DNA from: Mobula birostris
Lineage: Eukaryota
Reading direction: 5' to 3'
Assembly (NCBI RefSeq): GCF_030028105.1
Contig: NC_092394.1
Span: 28,502,752-28,566,751 of the forward strand
DNA length: 64,000 nucleotides
Shown here: positions 34,561-46,469 of the stretch, piece after piece
Numbering within the stretch: position 1 is the stretch's first letter
Layout: every line of letters starts with the position of its first letter
Made by a program: the position numbers and the translations under genes
Notes under the pieces: generated by a model
Told to the model about the DNA's origin: nothing
The model's database searches: none
Seen by the model: the letters and a program-made list of their open reading frames with translations, nothing else

Positions 34561-35984
34561 ACCCCTCCAAAAATTTCACTTCAAAATGCTTTATAATTTA
34601 ATTTTCACATAAAATACAAATAATAGCCATGTATAGTAATTTTCCCAGTTTAAATGTCAAGGTTAAAATGTATTTAAGTAAATATTTTATTGAAATTTAT
34701 AATATTATAATTTGCCCAAAAATGAAGAGTATGGAACCATGCTTAGTTGGACTACAGTTATCAATTTCCGTGACAGTAAATACAAAGAAAAACTGGGGAC
34801 AAAGTTATTTGCAGGAAGACTGCAGTTTTTTTTTTCTGTGGGGCTTGATGTCTAAACATGGCCAGTTGTACCTTTGGGGTTTTCGTTCACTGCATCAACC
34901 CCCACAATTTGAGATCTTTACTTAACCCACTTTTCTCAAGCCCAATGACGACCAGCTTTGACATCCCCTCCATTGACATCTCTGCTAATCTCTTTGCACC
35001 GACCTTCTCTGCCCAAACTGCTCTAACAGCGTACTCAGATTGAATACTAGACCCTGGTCCAACCCCTCACAGGACTGACCTCTCTAATAATCCCTGGTCT
35101 GACTCTTCTCCCAAACCTGACCTGACTCCTCTTACTGAGAGCAGTTCACAACTCCTGCCTTCAATCTCCGATCATCCTTTGGACTCCAAGTCAATTGAGC
35201 CGTAGCATCTGCAGCTCTAGCACCCACTCCATTCCATCTCAGACAGAGTTCAACATTTCCTAGTTTGCTTTGCATGTTTCCAATGAAGCACACAAAGGGA
35301 AGTTCTTTTCTAGTTTGAGGCTTATCAGTAGTTGTATTTGGAACTGGTCCAGAAGCCACAACTGAAGAGATGGTGAGTACTGCATAACGTAAACACATAG
35401 GAAATACCAAGAGCTTCAGAACATGTTTAACAATTGAGTACCAACCGTAACTACAAAACAAAATAATTTGCATTCACATATAAATGTGGTTGATGTAAAC
35501 ATTTATATGTGAATGTACCAGCCTGATATCCTTCCTGTAAAAGACCGTTTCATATATTTACAATTGCCAATTATTCTTTTGATGATGCACCCTTTCATAA
35601 TTGTTCCAATGTCTGATTTGTATCCATGGAATGTGTGACACTTCAACTCGCCCTTGACTTGTCTCCTCTTAAGTGGATGGTTCTCTACACATCTGTAAAA
35701 AGTTTATCATCTACAATATGATCTGTTACATCCAAAGATCAACTGACGAGATGTCATCCAAGTGATTACAGTGAGAGCACCGCAATCATTTACATGACAT
35801 CTCCTTAGTTGATCCTCAGTCTTTGTTAACTAATCATCATCTAGTAATGTAGTTAGCTATTGACGATATTGGCAACTTTAACAGTTGGGTATGTTAGAAG
35901 ATGCATTGTTTTACTTAAGTGCTTCACTGGAATTTATCTTGAGACTAACTGTGCTAAATAGAACAAGCCTTTGCTGCACATATT

Positions 35985-36235
35985 CATGTCCTCTGAAAAT
36001 CCAGAACCAAGGACTGGAGGCCTGTCTGTCGTGAGTGCGTGAGTGGGAAAGGGGTTGTTTTACTGTTGTTTTTTTTTACTTGTGTTGTTCTGCTGAACAT
36101 TATGGGCATGCTATGCTGACACCAGAGGCAACACTTGCGGGCTGCCCCCGGCACATCCTTGGTTGTTAATGAAAACAATACATTTCACTGTATGTTTCGA
36201 TGTACATGTGATAAATAAATCTGAATCTGAATCTA
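35985..36235 (+). mobile_element. Short retroposon with Rex1-type (tctgaa)n tail
   Basis: Ends catttcactgtatgtttcgatgtacatgtgataaataaatctgaatctgaatct. Confidence 0.7.
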
Positions 36236-36449
36236 CAGTGGCTTGTTTATCTGTATTTTTGTCTTGAAATCTTGCTGTTTCCACAATGCTTTACAAGAGT
36301 AGTTCTATTCTGTCTGAGAGCAAGTGAAAAAATGCAGATGTTAAAATTCAGAAATGTAAGCAGAAAAATGCTGTACATACTCCTGACTTGCTGAGTGGTT
36401 CCAGAATTTTCTGCTTTTATTTCTATTCCATAAAATTTCTTTACAACGT

Positions 36450-36790
36450 AGAGGGAGGCCAGTTGAACCTTCCAGTCTAGGCTGGCTCACAGTAATCCAA
36501 TTTACGACTAATTCTTTCTGTAACCTATTCTTTTCTCCTGTTCCTGTTATTTCTACATTTCTCCCAGATTCTACCACTTGCCTATGCACAAGGGACAATT
36601 TACACTAGTCAATTAACCTACTAACCAGCACATCTCTGGGCTGCAGTGGAAACTGGAGCAATGAAAGGAAGCCCATTCCGTCACAGGGAGAATGTCAAAA
36701 CTCCACACAGATAGCTCCGGAGGTCAGGAATGAACCTGGTTCATTAGAATTGTGAAGTAGCAGCCCAGTTAGCAGTGTGACTATGCCACT
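36450..36790 (-). mobile_element. tRNA-derived SINE (old)
   Basis: 'caatttacactagtcaattaacctac', 'gtcacagggagaatg..aaactccacacaga', 'ggaatgaacctgg'. Confidence 0.75.
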
Positions 36791-37169
36791 CGACTCTGAA
36801 TGAATTTCAAAGCTCCTCTTCTGTTTTTACTTGCTGAAAGTATTTCCCTCTAGGAAGGGGTATTGCTTCTACCTCAGTTTGGATTGATAGGCCTCTATGC
36901 TACAACATGCTTTAGACACGCTGCAGACATGTTTCCTGCTTAAAGAAATAGTTCTCTGGGAAATGGCTGGTACTACATCCGTAGCAAGAAATTGGTGCCA
37001 CGTGCATTCATGTGATGCTAGCATTTTGCAGCTTGAGTTTTCACTGCTGCCTTAGGACTATAGACTACAGTAACTTGAGTACCTGATGATAGGTGAAATA
37101 CCTTGGTGTTTTTCAACGCTATTCCCACCAAGATTACACGGTAATACACCAGCTCTAATGCTTAGCATG

Positions 37170-37395
37170 CTGCTAAAGTAGTTAGTACGGCTGTCCTCCC
37201 AGCTGCGGAGACCCAGGTCCAATCCTGACCTTAGGTACTGTCTTGTGGTATTTCCTTGTGACTACCCTCCTTTATCTCCCACATCCTAAAAGGCATGTTG
37301 TTAGGTTATTGGCTACTTGGTTTAGCTATGTAGGTTAAAGAGTCAAAGAGTAATTGTTAGGCATGTGAAAAGAAAACTACTTGCAGGAAAATTAC
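37170..37395 (+). mobile_element. Old SINE
   Basis: 'cagctgcggagacccaggtccaatcctgacctt', 'ctcccacatcctaaa'. Confidence 0.6.
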
Positions 37396-37398
37396 TTT

Positions 37399-37914
37399 AT
37401 AGGAAAGATGTCAACAAAATAGAGAGAGTACAGAGAAGATTTACTAGAATGTTACCTGGGTTTCATCACCTAAGTTACAGAGAAAGGTTGAACAAGTTGG
37501 GTCTTTATTCTTTGGAACATAGAAGGTTGGGGGAGGGGGCTTGATAGAGGTATTTAAAATTATGAGGGGGATAGATAGAGTTAACGTGGATAGGCTTTTT
37601 CCATTGGGAGTGGGGAAGATTCAAACAAGAGGACATGAGTTGAGAGTTAAAGGGCAAAAGTTTGCGGTAACATGAGGGGGAACTTCTTTACTCAGAGAGT
37701 GGTAGCTGTGTGGAACGACCTTCCAGCAGAAATGGTTGAGGCAGGTTCAATGTTGTCGTTTAAATTTAAATTGGACAGCTATATGGACAGGAAAGGAATG
37801 GAGGGTTATGGGCTGAGTGCAGGTCGGTGGGACTAAGTGAGAGTAAGAGTTCGGCACGGACTAGAAGGGCCGAGGTGGCCTGTTTCTGTGCTGTAATTGT
37901 TATATGGTTATATG
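37399..37914 (+). mobile_element. Young CR1 3' fragment
   Basis: Highly similar to 20752-21268. (ttatatgg)n tail. Confidence 0.95.
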
Positions 37915-38115
37915 ACCAACTGAAATTTAAGAGAGGGTGAATGGGACAGACAGAGTTGCACCTGTGGAAATCAGTTCAGTTGTTATTCTATTTATTCTCT
38001 GTCACAATAGTTGAGATTGTAAGCTTAACAATTTTTTTATTCTTTATTTAAACCACACACAATTCTGTATTGTAGCACCCAGGTTAAGATATAACTAAAG
38101 GGGCAATGTCTTGGT

Positions 38116-38194
38116 CAGGGTTTCCCACCTTTTTTATGCCATGGACTAATACCATTAAGCAAGGGGTCCATGAACCCCAGGTTGGGAACTCCTG
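38116..38194. mobile_element. 79-bp hAT-type MITE
   Basis: TIRs cagggtttccca / tgggaactcctg. 8-bp TSD gtcttggt / gtctaggt. Sister copy at 40875-40954. Confidence 0.85.
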
Positions 38195-38254
38195 GTCTAG
38201 GTAAATCCCTTAATTTAACAATATAATTGCCAATTGTTCCTCTGACTCTGATAT

Positions 38255-38865
38255 GCCTTCTTCTCATTGCTGTCATCAGGGAGGAGGTACAGAAGCCTGA
38301 AGATCCACACTCTATGTTGTAAGAACAGCTTCTTCCCTTCTGCTATACGATGTCTGAACAGTCAATGAGCACTAGCTCTCAGTTCATCTTTTGCAGGACT
38401 ATTTATTGTAACTAATGGCATGAACATTGACTTCTCTAACTTCCGTTACTGCCCTACCTCTCCTCGTACCCCATCCGTTATTACCCATCCTCTGGGCTTC
38501 CCCCCTTCTCCTTTCTTTCTCCCTAGGCCTCCCATCCCATGATCCTCTCATTTCCCTTTTGCCAATCAACTGTCCAGCTCTTGGCTCCATCCCTCCCCCT
38601 CCTGTCTTCTCCTATCATTTTGGATCTCCCCCTCCCCCTCCCACTTTCAAATCTCTTACTAGCTCTTCTTTCAGTCAGTCCTGACGAAGGTCTCGGCCCA
38701 AAACGTCAACTGTACCTATAGATGCTGCCTGGCCTGCTGCATTCACCAGCAACTTTTATGTGTGTTATTGTAACCTATAGTGACTTCTATGTCTTGCACT
38801 CTCTGCTGCCACAAAGCAACAAATTTCACAACATATATCAATGATAAATAACCTGATTCTGATTC
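38255..38865 (+). mobile_element. Rex1/Babar 3' end split by a Penelope fragment
   Basis: ctgtcatcagggaggaggtacagaagcctg (LPSGRRY-type) and an aataaacctgattctgatt tail. Confidence 0.8.
38413..38764 (+). mobile_element. Penelope-like 3' fragment with mutated hammerhead
   Basis: GMNIDFSNF end of GIY-YIG plus pLTR. 10-bp TSD ttattgtaac (38403-38412, 38765-38774). Hammerhead at 38676-38712 has GAAA changed to AAAA. Confidence 0.88.
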
Positions 38866-38884
38866 CAGTAGCAGAACTTCTACT

Positions 38885-39422
38885 AAGATGTTACAGGGAC
38901 TTGAGGACCTGAATTATAGGGAAAGATTGTAGAGGCTAGAACTTTTTTCCTGGAGCACTGGAGAACAAAGAGAGACATAGAGGTAAGCAAAATTATGTGG
39001 GTTATAGACAGGGCAAGTGCAAGCAGACTTTTTCTACTGAGGTTGGATGAGACTAGAACAAAAGGTGATAGGTTAATGGTGAAAGGTAAAATATTTAAAG
39101 GAACTTTCTTCACTCAGAGGGCTGTGTGAGTATGGAATGAGCTGCCAGCAGAAGTAGTGGATGGGGGTTCGATTGCAGCATTTAACAGTAGTTGAGATAC
39201 GTACAGTACATGGATGGAAGGACTATGAAAGATTTTGATTCAGGTGTGAGTCAATGGGACTAGACGAAATAAAATTTCAGCATGAACAAGTTGAACTAAA
39301 TGGCCTGGTTCTGTGCAGTAGTGTTCTTTTACTATGAGTATGCCTGCAAGAACATAAATCTCAGGATTGCATATGGTGACATAGATATACTTTGATAATA
39401 AACTTACTTTAAGTTTGAACTT
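38885..39422 (+). mobile_element. Older CR1 3' fragment followed by a Rex1-type tail
   Basis: ttcttcactcagagg..tggaatgagctgccag, then 'atctcaggattgcatatggtgac..tgataataaac'. Confidence 0.75.
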
Positions 39423-39832
39423 GATTACAACCCTAAGAATCTGGCAGTCTAAGTACATGGTTTGCAAAAGGCTGGTATATATTTAATGCAACTAATTAAA
39501 AAAAGCTAAGAAGACATTATTGTTTATTGCTGGAGGAAGTGGGTGAGGTGTGCTAGAAGGACTTGTTTCTGTTCTCTGTGGTTCTATACTAAGTAAAATA
39601 GGGAGGTCATGTTTACTTATGTAGGGCATTGGTGAGACCACACCTGGAGAACTGTGTACAATAGTCACCTTATTCAAGGAAGAATGTTAAGGCATTGGAA
39701 ACACTTCAGGAGAAGTTTGCTAAACTAATACTTTGAATAAGTGTTTTGTGAAGAAAAGGTGGATAGGCTATAAGTATTTAAGAAGTATGAGGCAACTTAA
39801 TTGAAGCATACAGTATAAGGTCACAGAGGAAG

Positions 39833-40265
39833 CACACACAAAATACTGGAAGAGCTCCGCAGGTCAGGCAGCATCAATGGAAATGAATAAACAGTTGACG
39901 TTAATGAATAAACAGTTGACGTTTCAGGGTGAGACCCTTCATCAGGACTGAGAAGGAAGGGGGAAGATGCCAGAATAAAAAGGTGGGGAGGCAAGCTGGA
40001 AGGTGACAGGTGAAACCAGGAGGGAGGGAAAGGTCAGGAAGGAATCTGATAGGAGAGGGGAGTGCACCGTAGGAAAAAGGAAGAGGAGACGCAGTGGGAG
40101 GTGATAGGAAGGTGAGGAGAGCAAAGAAGGTCAAAGTAGGGAATAGAGGAATGGGGGGGGGTAATTTTTACCTCAAGGAGAAATCGATATTCATGCCATC
40201 AGATTGGAGGGCACCCAGACAGAATATATGGTGTTGCCCCTCCACCCTGAGGGTGGTCTCAAGGG
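39833..40265 (-). mobile_element. Penelope-like fragment inside an old CR1
   Basis: Minus strand LRVEGQHHIFCLGALQSDGMNIDFS, plus pLTR with hammerhead at 39913-39950. Confidence 0.85.
39913..39950 (-). ncRNA. Minimal type I hammerhead ribozyme (variant)
   Basis: CAGUC-CUGAUGA-AGGGU-CUC-ACCCU-GAAAC-GUC-AACUG. Core intact, with one mismatch in helix I next to the cleavage site. Confidence 0.65.
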
Positions 40266-40874
40266 GTCTTGGTAGGATGGATTAGAGGGGATACTCTCTT
40301 GTGGGAGAATCTGGAACTTAGGGCCACTGTTTAAAAATGAAGACCTCAATGACGCAAGATATTTTCAATCAGAAGTCATGGGGTTTTAGAAATCTCTTCT
40401 TCGAAAGGTGGTGGAATCAAAGCCTTTGTTTTTTTATGGCAAAGTTTGATAGATAAGCAAGGGAGTGAAACATTTACATGGGTAAACAGGAGCACGTTGA
40501 GGTTAGAAACAGGTCAGCATTGATGTTATCAAATTCTAGAGAACACTCAAGTAGGCAGGTGACCTCCTTCTGTTTCCAATTCGTGCGTAAATCAAAAGAC
40601 TCTTAAAATCCAATTGTACTGAAATCCATAATGTGTAGCATAAAAGAATTGTTCAAAATGGTTACCCACATTTTATCTTGACTATCCATTTGTGTTACTA
40701 ATCAGTAACTTCTATTTAACCACATGAAGATTAGGTGAACAATTACCCCACCCCCTTACACCTGTATTATTCGTTGAATCATGTGCTGCTATTGTCTTCA
40801 TTTTTCTCTGGATCTTATCCTCTTAGTTAAGTTCAGAGTACTCTATTATAAATATCTATCATCTAGGCCTAGGG

Positions 40875-40954
40875 CAGGGGCTCCCATCCTGTGGTCTGCA
40901 GACCCTTCGGTTAATGGTACTGATCCATGGCATAAAAAAAGTTGTGAACCCCTG
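40875..40954. mobile_element. 80-bp hAT-type MITE (opposite orientation to 38116-38194)
   Basis: TIRs caggggctc / gaacccctg. Partially matching 8-bp flanks gcctaggg / atgtaggg. Confidence 0.8.
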
Positions 40955-40974
40955 ATGTAGGGTAAAAGATCCTA

Positions 40975-41370
40975 GATCTCCCTCACTGTGAAACGGAGAC
41001 ACCTTTTTTTCCCCTTTTAAGGGAGAGAGAGAGAGCCTGTGGTATGTCGAATTACCAGGAGAACAAGTAGTCATTGGTGAACTGCAAGTCTGTGTCTTTA
41101 TTGAAGCTTTGCTGCACGCTTGAGTGCTCGGTGGGGGGGAGGGCGGCGCTGGTGCTTTTTTGCTGGTGGGAGAGGGAAGATCGTTGCTTGCTGCCTACAC
41201 GTGGGGGGTGGGGGAGCGGGGGGTGGTGCTTTGGGGTTCTAACATTTAACTGTCATTCATTCTTTGGGGCACTCCTCTGTTTTTGTGGATGGTTGTGAAG
41301 AAAAAGCATTTCAGCATGTGTATTGTATATACATTTCTCTGGCATTAAATGTACCTTCCAAACCTTTGAA
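40975..41370 (+). mobile_element. Non-LTR retrotransposon 3'UTR fragment (family unassigned)
   Basis: G-rich tracts, attaaa signal and a short repeated acctt(tga) tail. Confidence 0.5.
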
Positions 41371-43299
41371 GCACTCTAATGTCATTCCTAGTCACATACA
41401 CACAGATTTCATAGATTAACGAATGCATCTCACTTCTTCTCTCTCATCCATTTATACAACCTTGATGAATTTACTCTGTACCAGGACCAGAGGAAAGTGG
41501 TATTCCTTAGTTTTCTTAATTTATTCGAATTGTTTTGGCTGGTGATTACAGGGTAACAGTCTCACAATGCATTCAGCTTCCTGTTTCAGTCTGTCACCAT
41601 CACTGTTGCTGTTTTGAAAGAGAGGTCTTACAGGTGATAGGAATATTTGCATAGGCAAATCATGATCACTAAATCCTGTTGGGTTGACCCTGAGATATCA
41701 CCCGTACTCCACTGCGTCTGAGTCATTTCCTTTTAGCCTCAGCCATCCTCTATTATGGCAGTTAGCCTTAATTCAAGCTGGGTCACGATGACTGTTTGGC
41801 ACCCTACAGACACAGTGTCAATGAAACTGGTGCCTGAAAATTGTAACTGGCTCTTTGCCATGATAATAAGCAATGAGATAGCATGCCTCATCAATTAATC
41901 ACCAAAGTAAAATTTGATCCTCTCAGCAAGGATTTCATGGTTCATTTCAAATTGCTTTAACAGCAAATTATAGCATTTTCACCTATCTAACTATTTCGTA
42001 GTTTCGTGCTGTGAACATTCCTGCCGAAAGAAATCATTCTGGTTTAATCAGACACAGTGGCATCCAATATCTTATAAATAGCATTCTCCTTTGCTGCCAT
42101 TCATTTTATATATAAAGGAAAGGGTGCCATTGCGTTTGTTCATGAACACATAATGTACTGACAGGAATTCAGGTTAAAATAGTAATATTGAAATACATCT
42201 TTTATAACTCCTAAACTTACCTTGCTAATTACAAAAAAGTGGTTCTGCACATCCTGAGAAGGGTAAGTAGTACTCTAAAATAAACAAATGATCAAACTAC
42301 AAATCAAAACATGTTTAAGACCTGGTGGAATTCCTTCCATAAAGGAGTTTAGTTTTGATAACATATTTAGTTTAAAAATTAAGAAATTTTTAAATAGAAG
42401 ATGACTCATCCTGAAACTGCATTCGCAACTGAACTTCATGCTTAAACATTGCTCTCCTAGGAAATGTGGCTTCCTGGAATTGAATAATTGCTTTCAAAGT
42501 ATTTTAATTTCTCATTTCAAGCATAAATAGTTAAAAAAAAGACTGATCAGTTCCAGTAAGTGGCCATTAGCAGAGAACAATAATTGTGTTCTTTTCTCTG
42601 CAGATGCTGCCTGACTTGCCTCATTTTGCCTGTTTGCTCAGTCAGCCATTGTGCTAAATACTAAATCTAACCTGACAATTGAAAGGACTTCAAAGTGCAT
42701 TTCAAGGATTCTGTAATGGATAGAAACAAGTATTTCTGATCAAATATAATGGAATTTGGGATTATAAGCCTCTATTTTCCAATGTTTTGGTTTTAATTAT
42801 CAAAATTATGGATATTTTTATTTCAAGAAAAGAATTGGCAGATTTAAGACATTAAGTGAATGAAAAGCACAGTTATTGGATGCAAGCTCAGACATCAGGG
42901 GCCAAATCTTCTCCTGTCTGCTGTCATTACGTGAATATGAACATGAATAAAAGAATGAGTGAGAGCAGATAGGTTAGCTCTCACAGCCAGTTTGCTGCTC
43001 GAGAAGATGGTGCAAGATTATGTATGAGTAAAGGTAGATACAGTATGCAGATGAACGATTTGTAAATGTATCTGACAGTCAAAGATGAAGGGAAGGGGAA
43101 GACTCAATCTAACCATTGAAATAATACATCCAAAAGATTGTGAACATAATCTAAGTCTTTAAAGTCCAAGATCCATTTATTTCTTGAGAAAAATCCAGAG
43201 GTATTGTAAATATTTCTCTTTAGTAGCAACTTTTTCATGAGTAATAACAACAAATTATGATCTTATGAACATAGATTTTAACATACTTCCTCACAACAT

Positions 43300-43630
43300 T
43301 TGGCCCATCAAGTTCTTGCTGATTCAATCAGTAATGAGCATGTGTGAACCAATGACTAGATAAAAATCTTAGTGCAATCCCATACTCCCATTTATTTTAC
43401 TTAATGTATTATATCTCTCACATTGCTGATTAATATTTCTCTGATCCTGTCATCATGTACACAGCGTAACTTACAACAGCCATTAATTTAACAACCAGCA
43501 TGACTTTGGGATGCAGGAGCACCAAGAAGGTACCTTTGTAGTCATTGGGAGAACTTGCATGCTCTACACAGACAGCATCGGAGGTCAGGATCAAATTTCC
43601 GTCCCTGGAGCTGTTGCACCACCTCTGCCA
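43300..43630 (-). mobile_element. Old SINE
   Basis: 'gactttgggatgcaggag', 'ctctacacagacagcatcggaggtcaggatc'. Confidence 0.6.
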
Positions 43631-44419
43631 TTTCAGTGATGCTACATTAAGACGATTGCCATAAACTTGTATAAAATTTGCCAACTGAAATAATTCCTGG
43701 TTCAAAAGTAGCACTTATGATTGGCTACAGAACAAATAGCGCCTAAGGTAAAACATCTTAATGAATTGAGTGATTGGGACTTGGTGTGCACCACGTGACA
43801 TGTATTCAATCAAAGATTTCCCAAACAAAATAGTTAGATGGCAATTTGAAGAGAAAAGATTGCCAGAGGTAAGGGAAGGAAGCAAACAAAAGGATTAACT
43901 GGTTTGAATTTCAACAGAGCTGAAACTGTCTTGTTGGGCTGAATACCACCTTCGTTTTGTTATCCCATACTCCAGTACAGAAAGTGGGCCTCAATGTTTT
44001 CTGACTAAAATTCCAGTTGTTTAGGGTTTCCAGTGTACCAACAAGGTTTATTGGAATGCATTTTTAGTACCCACACCTCTTAGCAAAATGGTAATGAGAC
44101 CAGGACAAACTCGCTGTAGACAGGCCAAATTTCTGACTCTAGTCGTAATCTCAGTTTAATCAGAAGAGTTGCATTTTTGGAGGCGATGCTTTCTTGAGGG
44201 AAACATTAATCTTTGGCCACTTTCTGCTCAGGTAGTTTAAAAGACCCTGTAGCAAATTCTAAAGATAGTCAAAGGATCAACTTGTGTAAAGTTCAGAAAA
44301 AGTAATAACAGTTTGAAGAAACTTTCTGAAGCATTTGCTAAACACAGGTAGTGGGCAGCGGGGAGCACAAGACCTGGCAGGGAAGAGAATCTTACTTGCA
44401 TCAAAGTTTACCCAGAGCA

Positions 44420-44660
44420 ACTTACAACCTGCTGGAGAAACTCAGGAAGCTGAGCAACATCCGTAGGAGGAAAGGAATTGCCAGCACTTGGGCTGAAACC
44501 CTGCTTTGGGACTGTTCCAATGCAGGTCAAGTCCTGATTCAGGGTTTCAATCCAAAACATTCACACTTCCCTTCCTGCCACAGTTGTCGCTCGAACCCCT
44601 GAGCTCCACCAACGGAATGTTTGTTGCTCCTGATCTCAGCATCTGCAGCCTCGTATGCCT
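44420..44660. mobile_element. Fold-back Penelope pLTR remnant
   Basis: Inverted arms (ctgctggagaaactcagg / ccctgagctccaccaac) with two degraded hammerhead-like halves facing each other. Confidence 0.6.
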
Positions 44661-44891
44661 CTCAGAGTTTTCCTGGGTGCATAATGAGTCAACAAATCTG
44701 CAGCTTCTGCTTAGACGGCTATATTCAGTAACAGTGTGAGAGCCAAAGAGAGGTCGTACATAAGGGTGAAACACTTAGGAGGACGTAGAGCAGAGAGGTC
44801 TTGAGTGCAGCTCTGCCGCTGTTTACACATGAAATGATAAATAATGGCAGCTGAAGTGAAAGATAGAAAAGCACCTTGGAATGTAAAGTTA

Positions 44892-45533
44892 AGAACATAG
44901 AACATTGAATAGTACAGCACATTACAGACCCTTCGGCCCACAATGTTGTGCCGACCCGCAAACCCTGCCTGCCATATAACCCCCCACCTTAAATTCCTCC
45001 ATATACCTGTCTAGTAGTCTCTTAAACTTCACGAGTGTATCTGCCTCCACCACTGACTCAGGCAGTGCATTCCACACACCAACCACTCTCTGAGTAAAAA
45101 ACCTTCCTCTAGTATCCCCCTTGAACTTCCCACCCCTTACCTTAAAGCCATGTCCTCTTGTATTAAGCAGTGGTGCCTTGGGGAAGAAGCACTGGCTGTT
45201 CACTCTATCTATTCCTCTTAATATCTTGTACACCTCTATCATGTCTCCTCTCATCCTCCTTCTCTCCAAAGATAAAGCCCTAGCTCCCTTAATCTCTGAT
45301 CATAATGCATACTCTCTAAACCAGGCAGCATCCTAGTAAATCTCCTCTGTACCCTTTCCAATACTTCCACATCCTTCCTATAGTGAGGCGACCAGAACTG
45401 GACGCAGTACTCCAAGTGTGGCCTAACCAGAGTTCTATAGAGCTGCATCATTACATCGCGACTCTTAAACTCTATCCCTCGACTTATGAAAGCTAACACC
45501 CCATAAGCTTTCTTAACTACCCTATCTACCTGT
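44892..45533 (-). mobile_element. Young CR1 3' fragment (second subfamily)
   Basis: LVRPHLEYCVQFWSPHYRKD, ERRRMRGDMIEVYK, FFTQRVV. (ttctatg)n tail. Confidence 0.95.
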
Positions 45534-45574
45534 AAGTGTATGAGTCCTTCACACCTTATATGTCAAGAATGACA

Positions 45575-45870
45575 AGGGGCAGTATGGTAGCATAATGGTT
45601 AGCACAACACTTTACGGTGCCAGCAAAATAGGTTCAATTCCCGTCACAGCCTGTGAGGAGTTTGTACGTCCTCCCCACGACCACATGGGTTTCCCCGGGT
45701 GCTCCAGTTCCCCCCCCACCACTACAGTCCAAAGGTGTACCTGTTGGTAGGTTATATGGTCATTGTAAAATGTCCCGTGATTAGGTTTAAGTCAGGGGTT
45801 GCTAGGTGATGTGGCTCAAAGGCCCTGAAGGGCCTATTGCACGCTCTTTCTCAATAAGTAAATAAAATAC
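45575..45870 (+). mobile_element. tRNA-derived HE1/V-type SINE
   Basis: A-box-like tagcataatgg, B-box ggttcaattcc, core gggtttccccgggtgctccag, A-rich tail. Confidence 0.85.
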
Positions 45871-46469
45871 TTAATGCTGATAATATTTTGGAAGTAGAAA
45901 ACCATAAGGGGTGTGGGAGGGATCTACAGATACAAAAACTGCCATGAGGGAGCATAATAAGGCTGTTCCCCTATAGGTGTTGCATCCGAGACTTATCATA
46001 TTTTTACTAACCTGGTAGCACTAAAGAAACATTTAAAATGTTCCACTGTTGACGTCTTGCAGAAATTGGAATAGTATTTGAATGTACAGCTGTTGGCAAT
46101 TACATGTGGATTGTTCGTGAGGTAGTACAAGTCAAACGTAATTCTGCTTCTGACAAGGTCTGCAGCTCCTACCATCTCGGAGCTCATAAAACCAGAGTGG
46201 AAGCAAATAGTCCTCTCTCCAAGGGACTGCCTAAATAAGAAGACTTGACCATTAGCTTCAATTGGCATGTTGTCTTAGGTTGGGCTGGGTAGGGTTTCAA
46301 CCACTGGGATTTAAAAGAGTCGAAGAGGATTCTATTGAAACCATTTAGGTGATATTGGTCTAGGAGACGGCACTGAACCAGCTTTCTCTGAATTGCTTCT
46401 GGTAGATTAATAATCTATCTTGTTTTAGTAGTTCTACACTGTATAGTGTTTTAGTAGTCCAACACCGTA

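Noticed and set aside
35314-35372. Plus-strand 59-nt exon candidate ending ATG|gtgagt
   Set aside because: Stops in all frames and no other support. It could be UTR but is indistinguishable from chance.
35132-35473. 113-aa minus-strand ORF
   Set aside because: No domain motif or codon evidence. The length is within chance expectation.
45575-45660. tRNA gene
   Set aside because: The A/B-box-like motifs belong to a SINE head. No cloverleaf could be formed.
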